In this document: positions 17,156 through 28,700 of the stretch, piece after piece
How positions within the stretch are numbered: position 1 is the stretch's first letter
How the letters are laid out: the number at the start of each line of letters is the position of its first letter
Assembly (NCBI GenBank): GCA_000747625.2
Contig: JQDQ01000193.1
Span: forward strand, 63 to 64,062
Origin: Smithella sp. SCADC
GTDB lineage: Bacteria > Desulfobacterota > Syntrophia > Syntrophales > Smithellaceae
Length of the DNA stretch: 64,000 nucleotides
Direction of reading: 5' to 3'
The notes under the pieces: model-generated
What the model saw: only the letters and a program-made list of their open reading frames with translations
The model's database searches: none
What the model was told of the DNA's origin: nothing
Made by a program: the position numbers and the translations under genes

Positions 17156-18364
17156 TTAACCGACAACTGATGCCAGTTTGAAGATCGGCAGATACATAGC
17201 TATAATCATACCGCCAACGACCCCCCCCAGGAAAACCATCATTACCGGCTCCAGCAGCGCAGTCATTGAATCCACCGCAACATCAATTTCTTCGTCGTAA
17301 AAATTAGCAATTTTACTGAGCATGGAATCCAGAGCGCCGGTGGCTTCTCCCACGGAAATCATCTGTATAACCATGGGTGGGAAAATGTCGGTCTCCGCCA
17401 ACGGTTCCGCTATAGAACGGCCTTCACTGATACTTTGGCGTGTCTTCATTAAAGCATTCTCAATAACTTTATTTCCGGAAGTTTTACTGACAATGGTTAA
17501 TCCTTCCAAAATGGGAACACCGGAAGTCATCATTGTTGAAAGCGTGCGCGAAAATTTAGACACAGCAACCTTTTTCATCAATAGCCCGAACACTGGAGCT
17601 TTAAGTATCAGGGAGTCAATCATCAAGCGCCCTTTTTCCGTTTTATAAAATCTCGTAAAGGCGATGTAAATGGCAACAAATAGGGCTATTATATATAAAA
17701 AATAATGTTGCATAAATTCACTTGCATTAATTAAGAATTGAGTAGGTCCGGGCAATGTTCCGCCCATACCTTCAAACATTGTTTTGAACACAGGAATGAC
17801 CTTGAGCAGCAATAAAGCAACTACAGAAACAGCTATAACCAGAACAGCTATGGGATAAGTCATTGCGCCCTTAACACGTCGTTTTAACTTCAATGCTTTT
17901 TCCATATAATTGGAAAGGCGTTCCAAAATAACATCCAGCATACCGCCTGCCTCACCAGCAGCAATCAAATTCACAAAAAGATCATCAAATATTTGGGGAT
18001 GTTTTTTTAAAGCATTGGTTAAACTGGTACCGCCCTCTATATCTTCCTTTATTGATCGAATAATTTTGGCAAAGTTCTTATTCTGTTCTTGTTGAGCTAA
18101 AAGGTCCAGGCACTGAATAAGCGGCAGGCCGGCATTGATCATTGTGGAAAAAACCCTGCAAAAAACAACCACATTTTTTTCATTTATCTTTCCTTTCAAG
18201 AAAGGTAAATATTCAGAAATATCCTTAGGTTTTAACTTAACTTCGATGGATTTAAATCCCTGCCGGCGTAAAATACCACGAACGGTAATCTCGTCGATCG
18301 CATCCATCTCTCCTTTTTTTACCTCATTCTTTTTTGTTGTACCTTCCCAAATAAAAATCGGCAT
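17156..18364 (-). CDS. pilC: type IV pilus / T2SS platform protein (PilC/GspF family)
   Basis: The 402-aa protein has two T2SSF repeats, three TM segments, and typical motifs (FCRQLSTM-like FCRVFSTMINAGLPL, and GEATGALD). Confidence 0.85.
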   Translation of the reverse strand: MPIFIWEGTTKKNEVKKGEMDAIDEITVRGILRRQGFKSIEVKLKPKDISEYLPFLKGKINEKNVVVFCRVFSTMINAGLPLIQCLDLLAQQEQNKNFAKIIRSIKEDIEGGTSLTNALKKHPQIFDDLFVNLIAAGEAGGMLDVILERLSNYMEKALKLKRRVKGAMTYPIAVLVIAVSVVALLLLKVIPVFKTMFEGMGGTLPGPTQFLINASEFMQHYFLYIIALFVAIYIAFTRFYKTEKGRLMIDSLILKAPVFGLLMKKVAVSKFSRTLSTMMTSGVPILEGLTIVSKTSGNKVIENALMKTRQSISEGRSIAEPLAETDIFPPMVIQMISVGEATGALDSMLSKIANFYDEEIDVAVDSMTALLEPVMMVFLGGVVGGMIIAMYLPIFKLASVVG

Positions 18365-18478
18365 ATTCTAAAATCCTTTTTTTGCATTGGAATATCTTTA
18401 ATCCGTAAACACTTTAAACCAACTTCCATATAAATTCAACAAGTTAAATTAGAAAATTTATGGGCAGCCGCGAATTGT

Positions 18479-19231
18479 TTATTTTTTAACTGCCCTGGTC
18501 TTACTGCGTTGACAAAATATCTCATATTGAATAATACCGGAAGCCACAGCAACATTTAACGAATCAAAGCTTCCCGGCATGGGAATTGTCAGCAAAAAAT
18601 CACACTTCTTCTTCACTAAAGGCCTGATACCTTTTGCCTCTCCTCCCAATACCAAAGCTACAGGACAATTAAAATCCATCTCGTGCAAATTACTTCCACC
18701 GCGAACTTCCGCTCCGAAAACCCAAAATCCTTTATCTTTCAAATAATCAAGCGTTTGCGATATATTAACCACTCTGGCGACAGGTATTTGCGCGACGCTT
18801 CCGGCAGAAGCTTTATTAACAACCGCCGTAACCGGAGCAGCTCTGTCCTCAGGGATTACTACACCGTTTGCGCCTAAACAATGAGCAGTACGAATTATTG
18901 ATCCCAGATTGTGGGGATCCATGATATTATCAAGTACTAAAATTAAGTCAAAATTGAAAGATTGATTACGGTTTTTTATTAATTCATCTAAATCCGCATA
19001 AACAAAAGGCTTGCACAGGCCGATAACTCCTTGATGATCAGAAGTTCCGGCCAATTCATCCAGATATTTACGGTGAGAAAATTCGACAGGAATTACTGCT
19101 TGTCCAGCTATTTCTATTATTTCTTTTACAGAAGATCCGCCCCGCCCGGAGGCAATGATAATTTTTCTTAATCCGCCTTCCCGCCGCTGAAGGAGAGCTC
19201 TGATGGAATTTATGCCGTAAATTACCTCCAT
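18479..19231 (-). CDS. rlmB: 23S rRNA (guanosine-2'-O)-methyltransferase RlmB (SpoU/TrmH family)
   Basis: It has a SpoU_sub_bind-like N-terminus (IYGINSI...), LDNIMDPHNLGSIIRTA, and the C-terminal knot motif LTIPMPG...SLNVAVASGI. Confidence 0.85.
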   Translation of the reverse strand: MEVIYGINSIRALLQRREGGLRKIIIASGRGGSSVKEIIEIAGQAVIPVEFSHRKYLDELAGTSDHQGVIGLCKPFVYADLDELIKNRNQSFNFDLILVLDNIMDPHNLGSIIRTAHCLGANGVVIPEDRAAPVTAVVNKASAGSVAQIPVARVVNISQTLDYLKDKGFWVFGAEVRGGSNLHEMDFNCPVALVLGGEAKGIRPLVKKKCDFLLTIPMPGSFDSLNVAVASGIIQYEIFCQRSKTRAVKK

Positions 19232-19258
19232 GTCCTGCTTTCCATTTTTGTGACTGAA

Positions 19259-20008
19259 TTATCTTGCTGCTAAACCATCAGCAATTTCCTGAACAATTTG
19301 CCGGCAAGCTTCCAGAGGTTCCTGGGCCGTGCTAATCGGCCTTCCTACAACAATATAATCGGCGCCTGTTTTTACAGCTTCATAAGCGCTGAGAGTTCTT
19401 TTTTGATCGTCTTTTGTTTTTACGTCTGCACCGCGTATGCCCGGCGTTACGATGATAAATTTATCGCCAAGATTCGCTCGTAGCACTGCTATATCCTGTG
19501 CCGAAGCCACCACACCCGATGCTCCTGCATTTTGCGCCAATCTGGCCAGATGAAGAACCTGTTCCCCGGTCGTTCCCGGAAACCCAATCTCTGCCAAATC
19601 AGCGTTATTCAAACTGGTAAGAACCGTGACCGCCAGAACAATTGGCCGCGTCCCGGCAATATTATCAGCACAGATCCACGCGGCGGTTACGGCCTCTTTA
19701 ATCATTTGAGTGCCGCCCGATGCGTGAACATTAAACATATCAACATTTAACCTGACAGCGGCCTGGGCTGCACGGGCTACTGTGTTGGGAATATCATGAA
19801 ATTTCAGGTCTAGAAATACCTTTTGACCTCTCTTTTTGATGCTTTCAATTATTTTCGGCCCGACAGCAGTAAACAATTCCTTGCCGACTTTAAACATACC
19901 GACATGATCCGAGAGTAGCTTCACCCATGACAAAGCTTCCTCATAATTGTTCGCATCAAGCGCAAAGATCAGTTTATCGCCCGCCGTTTTATTCGATATA
20001 TTCTTCAT
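19259..20008 (-). CDS. pyrF: orotidine 5'-phosphate decarboxylase
   Basis: LIFALD...FKVG...FLDLKFHDIPNTV...VGRPI are the canonical OMP decarboxylase motifs. Confidence 0.9.
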   Translation of the reverse strand: MKNISNKTAGDKLIFALDANNYEEALSWVKLLSDHVGMFKVGKELFTAVGPKIIESIKKRGQKVFLDLKFHDIPNTVARAAQAAVRLNVDMFNVHASGGTQMIKEAVTAAWICADNIAGTRPIVLAVTVLTSLNNADLAEIGFPGTTGEQVLHLARLAQNAGASGVVASAQDIAVLRANLGDKFIIVTPGIRGADVKTKDDQKRTLSAYEAVKTGADYIVVGRPISTAQEPLEACRQIVQEIADGLAAR

Positions 20009-20258
20009 CGCCGATGAACTCTGAGCTATCCGGAATTGGTTTGAAGTCTTCCTTCGTTCCGTTCAAATATTCAGGATTGGCATAAACGACTTTACCTGCG
20101 GCAATCTCGCGCAGAGCCAGCACAATCTCCCTGTTTTTACTGGGTACTAAAGGTGTTGCCCCTTTCAGCAACTGATGAGCGCGTTTCGACGCCAGCGAAA
20201 CAAGTCCAAATCTGGTTTTGGCAACAAGTAAAGAATCTTCTATTGTAATTCTAGCCAT
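19989..20258 (-). CDS. rpoZ: DNA-directed RNA polymerase subunit omega
   Basis: MARITIEDSLLVAKTRFGLVSLASKRAHQL matches the RpoZ N-terminus. It lies in the conserved gmk-rpoZ arrangement. Confidence 0.9.
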   Translation of the reverse strand: MARITIEDSLLVAKTRFGLVSLASKRAHQLLKGATPLVPSKNREIVLALREIAAGKVVYANPEYLNGTKEDFKPIPDSSEFIGDEEYIE

Positions 20259-20273
20259 GGATCCAAAATCTCC

Positions 20274-20891
20274 TTAAAATATATTATTTTTTTTAATAAA
20301 CTTTTTAATTTCACTTTGCAACCTGCTTCTTTTGCATTTTTGGGCTTTATAAATAGAAATCAATTGATTGACAGCAGTTTCCAAATCTTTGTTAAAAATC
20401 ACGTAATCATACCACGAAATTTCTTTTAATTCACTTTCCGCCTGATCAAATCGATCTTGAATAACTTTATCGGTTTCGCAACCACGTCCTTCCAAGCGCC
20501 TTAAAAGTTCGTCACGGGACGGGGGAAGCACAAAAACATAAACACCTCCCTTAAAATTTTGTTTTATTTTTTTCGCCCCCCGCGGTTCGATATCCAGCAA
20601 TAAATCCTGACCTTTATGAAGAAACGACTCCATAGTTTTCTTTGAAGATCCATATAAGTTACCATAATTTTCTACCCATTCAACAAATTCACCCTGATCA
20701 ATACGCGCCTGAAATTCATCACGAGAAATAAAATGGTAATCTTTCCCGTCCCCTTCATTCGGGCGTGGAGGCCTGGATGTATAGGAAACCGAAAATTTTA
20801 TTTCCGGACAGGCTTGCAGCAACTTTTGGCAAATAGTGCTCTTCCCTGTTCCTGAAGGCGCGGAGACAACTATAAATAATCCTCTGGCCAT
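20274..20891 (-). CDS. gmk: guanylate kinase
   Basis: P-loop SAPSGTGKST, plus YTSRPPRPNE..G.DYHF and the typical length. Confidence 0.92.
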   Translation of the reverse strand: MARGLFIVVSAPSGTGKSTICQKLLQACPEIKFSVSYTSRPPRPNEGDGKDYHFISRDEFQARIDQGEFVEWVENYGNLYGSSKKTMESFLHKGQDLLLDIEPRGAKKIKQNFKGGVYVFVLPPSRDELLRRLEGRGCETDKVIQDRFDQAESELKEISWYDYVIFNKDLETAVNQLISIYKAQKCKRSRLQSEIKKFIKKNNIF

Positions 20892-20896
20892 AGTAT

Positions 20897-21787
20897 TTAC
20901 TCTATATTTTGCGCCTGTTCACGCAATTTACCCAATTCACTTTTAACTTCAATCACTTGACGAGTTATTTCCACATCGCTGCTTTTTGAACCAATTGTAT
21001 TAATTTCGCGATTCATTTCCTGTAAAAGGAAATCTATTTTTCTGCCTTCGGTTCCCTCGCTTTGCAGCAATTCTTCAAACTGTCCGATATGACTATGCAT
21101 CCGCACTATTTCTTCCGTAATATCACTTCTTTCCGCCATAATTGCAACCTCTTGATTTAAACGGGCATCTTCAAGCGCGTATCCGGCAGTTAACTCTTTT
21201 ATTCTTTCCGCCAGACGCTTTTGATACTCAATAACCACCTGTGGCGCACGTAATTTAATGGTTTCCAGAATTTCCGTAATCGCCTTGAGCCTCATATCCA
21301 TATCTTGAAACATGGCAAGGCCTTCATCCTGCCGCATATTGCTCAGCATCGCCAGCGATTCCAAAAACGTTTTTTCCACCTGATTGAGAAAATCAGGACT
21401 CAATTGCACCTCCAATGATGGCGTAAAAATATCACGAAAGTCAGCCAACGTTTTTAAACTGATGGGAGCTTCCAGGTTGAATTCCGCTTTAAGCCGGTTC
21501 AAAACATTAAAATAATCACGGGCAATTTCTAAATTGAGATTGACTTTGGATACATCGGCGCCTTCGCCTTCCAACCGGATGGACACTTCTATGCGTCCGC
21601 GTTTGAATCTTTCACTAATCTTCTTTTTGAACCCCGTTTCCAGAGGAAAAAGCGCTGAAGGCGTCCGCAGAAATATCTCCAGAAAACGGTGATTTACAGA
21701 CTTAGCCTCCGCAATAATATTTCTGCCTTCTTGAACTGTTTCTACCCGGCCATAACCGGTCATGCTTTTTATCATTTTATACACCAT
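20897..21787 (-). CDS. yicC: YicC/YloC family stress-induced endoribonuclease
   Basis: MIKSMTGYGR (the likely true start is the ATG at 21775) and the C-terminal EMNREINTIGSKS and REQAQNIE motifs. Confidence 0.85.
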   Translation of the reverse strand: MVYKMIKSMTGYGRVETVQEGRNIIAEAKSVNHRFLEIFLRTPSALFPLETGFKKKISERFKRGRIEVSIRLEGEGADVSKVNLNLEIARDYFNVLNRLKAEFNLEAPISLKTLADFRDIFTPSLEVQLSPDFLNQVEKTFLESLAMLSNMRQDEGLAMFQDMDMRLKAITEILETIKLRAPQVVIEYQKRLAERIKELTAGYALEDARLNQEVAIMAERSDITEEIVRMHSHIGQFEELLQSEGTEGRKIDFLLQEMNREINTIGSKSSDVEITRQVIEVKSELGKLREQAQNIE

Positions 21788-21816
21788 ATACCAATTTAAG
21801 GAACTTTACGTATTTT

Positions 21817-22353
21817 TTATAACTGTTGTGGCATTTTTAACTGCAATAAATATCTATTTCTGATTTTACCAAGCATTAAGAGTTGCTTTTCATCCGCATA
21901 ATCAGGGTAAGTCCAGGGTAAAGAACAAAACTTCTTCCCCTGATAAATCAGGGTCAAGTCGGCATAAATTCCATCCCGCAAATAGGGACGGTGTGTATAC
22001 GCCTTGCCGGTAGCCAAAATCAAATGTGCCTTTGATATATAACCGGGATCAATATTAACCTGCCTCCGAATATCCAATGCCAACCTGTCTTCAATACTGT
22101 TTGTTGCCAGCTTTATATCGGGTAATTCCTCTGGCCGGATTAATTTTTCCATGGACAGAAAGCGCCGCACAAGATTCTCTCCCATTTCAGCGCTGTAATA
22201 ATTCGTATAATCAAAGAGCATTTCTTCGCTTACAAAATCCGGCTGTCCATATTCTGAGGACAAAATTTTTATCGTTTCGTTTAACAGTGGAGTCTCTTTA
22301 GCAAAAATGCTGAAGACCAGTTTTACCGGTTCAACCGGGTTCGGCTTGCTCAT
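21817..22353 (-). CDS. DUF4416 family protein
   Basis: The pattern F.YT.YY..EMG..L.R.F...NIDPGY....L.LAT.K...HR.YL..GIYA.LTL.....F..L.WTYPDY matches my recollection of DUF4416. It overlaps the upstream rfaE stop by 4 nt. Confidence 0.5.
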   Translation of the reverse strand: MSKPNPVEPVKLVFSIFAKETPLLNETIKILSSEYGQPDFVSEEMLFDYTNYYSAEMGENLVRRFLSMEKLIRPEELPDIKLATNSIEDRLALDIRRQVNIDPGYISKAHLILATGKAYTHRPYLRDGIYADLTLIYQGKKFCSLPWTYPDYADEKQLLMLGKIRNRYLLQLKMPQQL

Positions 22354-23339
22354 AATACTTCTATAAGTTCTTTCTGAGAGACAGTGGCCGTGCCAATTTT
22401 TCCGACCACTATACCCGCGGCCAGATTAGCCAGGCATGTCGCCTCTTTTATATTAGCCCGCGCGGAGAGACCCAGGGCAAGCATGCCGATAACTGTATCA
22501 CCGGCGCCGGTCACATCATAAACTTCTTTGGCCTGAGCCGGAAAATACGTATGAACAATTTTCCGTCCGTTTTCAAAAAGACTCATGCCTTCTTCTCCCC
22601 GGGTGATGAGCATTGCTTGAAAGGCATATTTTTTTAAAAGAGATTCGCTTAATCGCTGAATGTCATTGGCATTGGTTATTTCCATACCGGCGGCACGCTG
22701 GGCTTCATGATGGTTGGGAGTAATCACGTGTACCCCTTTATATATCGAAAAATTGTTTTGTTTCGGATCAAGACAGATGAAGATATTTGAATCTTTCGTT
22801 ATTGTTTTTATTCCTTCAATAAGCTCACTGGAAATGACCCCTTTATTATAATCGGAAATAACAATAGCTCCGATTTTCTTGCGCAAAGATTTCACATATT
22901 CCAGAATTTTATTGGTGCTGGATTGAGGAATAGGCTTTCTGTTTTCCTTGTCAAAACGCACCATTTGCTGTCCGTGCGCGACAATTCTCGTTTTCAGAGT
23001 AGTCGGCCGTCCCTTTTCCACGACAATGCCTTTTGTGTCAATTTTTCGTCCGTGCAACTCCACAAGCAGTTTTTTCCCTATATTATCGGCGCCGATGACG
23101 CCGGCCACATAAACTTTGCCGCCCATCGCGTAAATGTTATTGAGCACATTGGCACAGCCGCCAAGCAAAATGCTGTCCTTTTGGACATCAACTACAGGCA
23201 CAGGAGCTTCAGGCGAAATACGGGAAACATTTCCCCAGATGAAATGATCAACCATCACATCTCCGACCACAAGAACACCCGCCTGGGGGAAATTGGCAAT
23301 GATTTCCAATGCTCTTTTTTTTGTCATAATTCTTTGCAT
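22350..23339 (-). CDS. rfaE: D-glycero-beta-D-manno-heptose-7-phosphate kinase (RfaE domain I, PfkB family)
   Basis: VLVVGDVMVDHF..G...RISPEAPVPV, DVTGAGDTV and VVGK.GTA motifs are present, and the length is ~330 aa. Confidence 0.8.
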   Translation of the reverse strand: MQRIMTKKRALEIIANFPQAGVLVVGDVMVDHFIWGNVSRISPEAPVPVVDVQKDSILLGGCANVLNNIYAMGGKVYVAGVIGADNIGKKLLVELHGRKIDTKGIVVEKGRPTTLKTRIVAHGQQMVRFDKENRKPIPQSSTNKILEYVKSLRKKIGAIVISDYNKGVISSELIEGIKTITKDSNIFICLDPKQNNFSIYKGVHVITPNHHEAQRAAGMEITNANDIQRLSESLLKKYAFQAMLITRGEEGMSLFENGRKIVHTYFPAQAKEVYDVTGAGDTVIGMLALGLSARANIKEATCLANLAAGIVVGKIGTATVSQKELIEVL

Positions 23340-23610
23340 TGTTTGAAAATAGTCCCTGAAATAATTAGCCTGAAAATTAAAAAAAGCGCTTATAGCGCCT
23401 CCATTGTAAAAAGCGGGGTAATACTATTACCAAGACCTTAATTTGTCAAATGTTTTTTAAAAATGTGAACATCCTGTACGAAATCGATTTTTACGATTGC
23501 CTTGACACATAAATGCCATTTTCATTATATTTAATACATCAAATAATTAGTCCTGATTAAAACCGATGTCTCGTAATAAAATATTTTAGGACTTTACAAG
23601 AAGGTTTTAT

Positions 23611-24312
23611 ATGTTAAATATTGAGCAATTTCGTTATGGATCTGATAATTTCGCCTACGTAATACATGGGAAAAAACAGGCAATGGCTGTTGATGGCGGT
23701 GCATGGAAAGAAATACTGTCTTTTCTGAAAACCACTAACCTGGTGCTTGAATTTGTTACCAACACACATTCGCATTACGATCACACATCCGGCAATGATC
23801 ACCTGCTTAAATCTACCCGCGCAAAATTTTTAAATTCGGCTACCCTTTCCGACAATCACAAAATTATGATTGATGGAGAAACAATCCTGGTTTACCGGAC
23901 TCCCGGACATACGGACGACTCTGTTTGCTTTCATACGGGAAGCATTTTAGTCACCGGCGACACTATTTTTAACGGAACAGCAGGTAATTGTTTTTCCGGC
24001 AATCAGAAAAATTTCTATCTATCCATTAAGCGGTTGATGGCCTTACCCGACGAAACAATAATTTACGCCGGTCACGATTACATTAACGATTCCCTTGCCT
24101 TCGCCCGGCATCTGGAACCGGATAACGAATATATCGATCGTTTCCTGAACTCTTACGACCACAATCACGTTTACTCAACTATGGCCGATGAACGCCAGAT
24201 CAACCCTTATTTGCGCTTTAATGAAAAAACAATCATTAATCTTCTCAAAGAAAATAATCTTCCCTGTGCCACAGAATGGGAACGTTGGAATTCCTTGATG
24301 TCTATAGAATAA
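23611..24312 (+). CDS. MBL-fold hydrolase, hydroxyacylglutathione hydrolase-like
   Basis: THSHYDHTSGN (an HxHxDH variant), TPGHTDDSVCF and GHDY, with a glyoxalase II-like C-terminus NPYLRF. Confidence 0.7.
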   Translation: MLNIEQFRYGSDNFAYVIHGKKQAMAVDGGAWKEILSFLKTTNLVLEFVTNTHSHYDHTSGNDHLLKSTRAKFLNSATLSDNHKIMIDGETILVYRTPGHTDDSVCFHTGSILVTGDTIFNGTAGNCFSGNQKNFYLSIKRLMALPDETIIYAGHDYINDSLAFARHLEPDNEYIDRFLNSYDHNHVYSTMADERQINPYLRFNEKTIINLLKENNLPCATEWERWNSLMSIE

Positions 24313-24418
24313 GAAAATTTTCATCAATTATCACTTATTGATTGACACACGTATCTACTTCTTTTATGATCAAAAGCACTTGGCACTGAAGCCTCGTTCA
24401 GTTTTATTATGGACACAA

Positions 24419-24631
24419 GGGTTAAAGGGCGAAGATATTCTCATTGAAGCCAGCATCCTTGCCGTTGCCGATGTGGTTGAGGCCATGGCATCCTATCGAC
24501 CTTACAGATCATCTTTAGGGCTGCAAAGTGCGCTCACAGAGATTGAAGATAACGCCGGAATTCTCTATGACAGCAAGGCAGTGGACACTTGTATAAAGCT
24601 GTTTAGGGAGAATAGATTTAAACTCGAATGA
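24419..24631 (+). pseudogene. C-terminal remnant of an HD-GYP domain phosphodiesterase
   Basis: GEDILIEASILAVADVVEAMASYRPYRSSLGLQSALTEIEDNAGILYDSKAV matches only the last ~70 aa of HD-GYP domains. The HD metal site and receiver parts are absent. Confidence 0.55.
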
Positions 24632-24700
24632 AAGAACGTTTATGCTTTATTCAGTACTCTTAGTCACGTTAAATATTAAAAATTTAGAAAGTGAGGCTAT

Positions 24701-25516
24701 TTGAACCTCTCTACTGTTATAATTTTGGGCATAGTTCAAGGCTTGACCGAACTTTTTCCTGTCAGCAGTTCAGCTCATCTGGTTATTCTTCAAAGTTTTT
24801 TACCGGATTTTCATCAACCGGGAGTTGCTTTTGACGCGATACTGCATCTGGGCACACTGTTCGCCGTCGCTTTCTATTTCCGTGTTGATATCTGGAGAAT
24901 GCTCAAAGCTCTTCTGCCCAACCAATCGGCAACACTTTTCAGCGCAAAGGAAATCACCTCTTTAAGAAAGATCTTTATTTTTTTAATTATCGGCACCATG
25001 CCTGTCGTTTTTTTCGGTTTCTTATTTAAAGACTATTTACATGGCATTTTCGGATCAGCTCAAGCAGCGGCATTTTTTTTAATCATTACGGGATTCCTGC
25101 TATTTTTTTCCGACAAAGTAACTGATGCCCGGCGCGATGAAAAAGATATGAATCTTACCGACAGCATTTTAATCGGGCTCGCCCAGGCTGTGGCCCTTTT
25201 TCCAGGCATTTCCCGCTCCGGAGCTACTATAACCGCCGGCATTTTCCGCAAGCTAAACCGGTTCACGGCAGCACGTTTTTCCTTTCTGCTTTCCCTGCCG
25301 GCCGTTAGCGGCGCCGTAATATTAGAATCCAGCTACTTCCAACAAATTCCATCTTCGGAAATCTGGCTATATCTTATCGGTTTCCTCTGCTCCATGATAG
25401 CTGGTTTTATATCTCTTAAACTTTTTTTTCTGGTCATCCGTGAAGCGCGTTTGAAATTCTTTGCTTACTATTGCTGGATTTTCGGATTGTTTACTTTACT
25501 TCTTGTCAATAAATAG
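24701..25516 (+). CDS. uppP: undecaprenyl-diphosphate phosphatase
   Basis: It has a TTG start. GLTELFPVSSSAHL and PGISRSGATI are the two BacA/UppP signature motifs, and the protein is polytopic. Confidence 0.9.
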   Translation: MNLSTVIILGIVQGLTELFPVSSSAHLVILQSFLPDFHQPGVAFDAILHLGTLFAVAFYFRVDIWRMLKALLPNQSATLFSAKEITSLRKIFIFLIIGTMPVVFFGFLFKDYLHGIFGSAQAAAFFLIITGFLLFFSDKVTDARRDEKDMNLTDSILIGLAQAVALFPGISRSGATITAGIFRKLNRFTAARFSFLLSLPAVSGAVILESSYFQQIPSSEIWLYLIGFLCSMIAGFISLKLFFLVIREARLKFFAYYCWIFGLFTLLLVNK

Positions 25517-25754
25517 AAATTTTTTATTTGCGGCCGCAAACCTGAAAAAAAGATGTTTTCTTCCATGAAAGAGTCCAGGCTGTAATTCAGCAATAAGTTT
25601 AATTAAGAATTTTTACAAATAAATTTCCGCTTGAATTAATCAACAATTTATTTCATACTGATACACATTCCATAATCAGAATTGATGTAAAATTTTTCTA
25701 GTTATATCAGTGGCTTCATTAAGTAATTCTTTGCAATAGGAAAGATGAAAAATC

Positions 25755-28700
25755 ATGGAAAAATTTGCAAATTATATTCTACGGGAAAAAATACACGAAA
25801 CCAGAAATTCAATTATTTACCGCGGGAACAAAGAAAATGAAACTCAGCCGCTGATCATTAAACTGCTGAAAACCGCATATCCAACACCTTCGGAAATTGC
25901 ACGATTCAAACAGGAATATAATCTTGTAAAAAAGCTTGATATACAAAACATCATCAAAATATTCGATCTTGTCGAGCATGATGACAAATACGCCATTATC
26001 GAAGAGGATTTCGGCGGTGAATCGATTAAAGAAAAATTAAAAATAGAAAAGTTTGGATTAAAATCATTTTTACAGATTTCATCAAAAGTATCCGAAACAC
26101 TGGGATTAATTCACAAGAATAATATTATTCATCTGGATATCAAGCCTGATAATATTTTGATCAATTCGAAAAATGGTGAAATCAAGATAACCGACTTTGG
26201 CATTTCCGCAATCTTAACACATGTAAATGACGAACTGTATAATCCTGATGTTATTGAAGGAACACTATCATATATGTCCCCGGAGCAAACCGGCAGGATG
26301 AACAGGGGCGTGGATTACCGCACGGATATATACTCTCTTGGTGCAACCTTTTACGAAATGCTGACCGGCGAGGTTCCCTTTAAATACAAGGATCCGATGG
26401 AACTAATTCATTCGCATATTGCGCGCCAGCCTTTGTCTCCCAGCGATGTGAATTCTTCCATTCCGCCGGTATTGTCCGCTATCATTTTAAAGCTGTTATC
26501 AAAAAATCCGGAAGAGAGATATCAGAATTGTCTGGGATTAATGGCTGATATTGACGAATGTCTGAATCAGTTAAACCAAAAAGGTAGCATTGATGAATTT
26601 CCAATAGCAACAAAAGATATTTCCATAAGGTTTAATATCCCCCACAGCCTTGTAGATCGTGAAAATGAAAGACTTGAATTAATGAGCTGCTTCGAGCGGA
26701 CGTGCAAGGGCTTAAGCGAGATGATGCTGGTGACAGGCCAGCCGGGAATCGGCAAATCCGCTCTGGTTAATGAAATTTACAAACCGGCTATCGCTAAAAA
26801 AGGTTATTTCATTTTTGGCAAATATAACCCGTTTAGAAAGGATGTCCCTTACACAAGCGCTATTATTCAGGCTTTTCAGGGACTCATTCGGCAGATCATC
26901 TCCGAGAGCGAGGAAAAAATTCAATCATGGAGAAAAAAACTTCTTTCTACTCTGGGACCAAACGGGAAAGTCATAACTGACGTTATACCGGAACTGGAGA
27001 TTATCATTCAAAAACAGCCCGACTTACCGTTACTTGGTCCGGAAGAATCAATGAACAGATTCAACCTGGTATTTCAAAACTTTGTCAATATTTTTACAAC
27101 TGAAAAACATCCTTTAGTGATTTTCCTGGATGACCTCCAGTGGGCTGACCAGGCCAGCTTAAAGTTCCTGGAAAACTTAATGACTACCTATGAAACAAGA
27201 TATTTGTTTTTGATAGGAGCTTACCGGGATAACGAGACAAATGATGCCCATCCTCTTACGCTTGCGCTAAATAAAATTCGCAAGAAAGGCAGAAACATAC
27301 ACAGCATAACACTTGGCCCTCTGGATGTGGCCAGCATCAACTTGATAATTATGAATGTGCTTTTATGTGATGCTGAAAGATGCATGCCTCTTGCCGAGCT
27401 CATCAACAGGAAAACAGCAGGCAATCCATTCTTCGTTATTCAGTTCCTGAAAAACGTTTACGATAATCATCTTCTGGAACTTAATCCCAAAACCGGATGG
27501 GAATGGGATATAAATAAAATACGGGAGATGCAGGTCACCGAAAACGTTATAGAATTTATGGCCCAAAAAATTTCCCATTTCCCGAAGAAAACTCAAGAAA
27601 TATTAAAGATATGCGCATGCATTGGCAACAGGTTTGATCTTGAATTATTGTCTGTTGTTTACGGAAAGTCCATCGACGAAACCCTTGCCGATCTCACCTC
27701 CGCGATTCAAGAGGATATGATCAGCCTTCATGGAAACATATACAAGTTTCACCATGACCGCATTCAAGAAGCGGTATATTCCATGATTCCGGAAAAAGAA
27801 AAGGCGGCAATGCATTATCGTACCGGCAGTAACGTACTCAAAAAAACCGGCGCTAATAATCTTAATGAAAAAATATTTTATATTGTCGATCAGCTCAACA
27901 GAGGAATCCGGTTCGTAAGTGGAGCGGATGAAGAAATTATACTGGCGAAGCTTAATCTGCAAGCCGCGCAGAAATCAAAAAAATCGACGGCATATGCCTC
28001 GGCTTCATCTTATTTAAAAACCGCCATCGGACTCCTGCCTGAGTATTGCTGGAAAAGCCATTACGAACTTACCTATTCCATATACAGGGAAGCAATAGAA
28101 TGCGAGTATCTCAATCTGAACTTCAGCGAAGCCGAAAAATTATTTGACATTGTGGTTAGAAATGTAAAATCGAATGTGGACAATGCTAACGTTCACACTC
28201 TGATGATCATATTATACACAACGCAGGGGAATTATGAAGCTGCCCTGAGGGTTGGTACCGAGGGAATGAAAATGCTCGGTATCAAACTTCCGAAAAATGT
28301 ATCCGACGCAAGAATAGGTCTGGAACTGCTGAAGATGCGATTAAAATTCGGCCGCAGGAAGATAGAGGATTTGATAGATCTGCAATATACTCCCCTGCCG
28401 AATACACTGGCTGAAGCAAAAATATTAGCTTCCGAATATCTGGTCAGGCATCCGTCAAAATCTCTTGATAATCCCGAGATGGAATTGTGGGAGATGATAT
28501 CTTACGCCTATCTCGCGATTCATACCGGTACCGTGGCGTTTTATGCCAATCCGAATTTATTCGCCTATATAGCAATAAACAGCGTTTACAGACTGCTGGA
28601 CTATGAAGTAAATTTTGAATATTCCCCCTTTGCCTACATTGCCATGGGTTCCGTTGTGGGATCATCGCTGGGTTTTTATCAGCATGGCTACAGGTTTGGA

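Noticed and set aside
16981-17166. N-terminal 62 aa of track ORF 16564-17166
   Set aside because: This stretch (…MVGMARFERATPASRTQCPTKLGHIP…) is the antisense translation of tRNA-Pro. The DUF1178 homology starts at the GTG at 16980.
23340-23610. Divergent intergenic region (strand switch between a long minus-strand and a long plus-strand gene block) as a possible replication origin
   Set aside because: There is no cluster of DnaA-box-like 9-mers, no dnaA/dnaN nearby, and gene orientation flips again elsewhere in the window.
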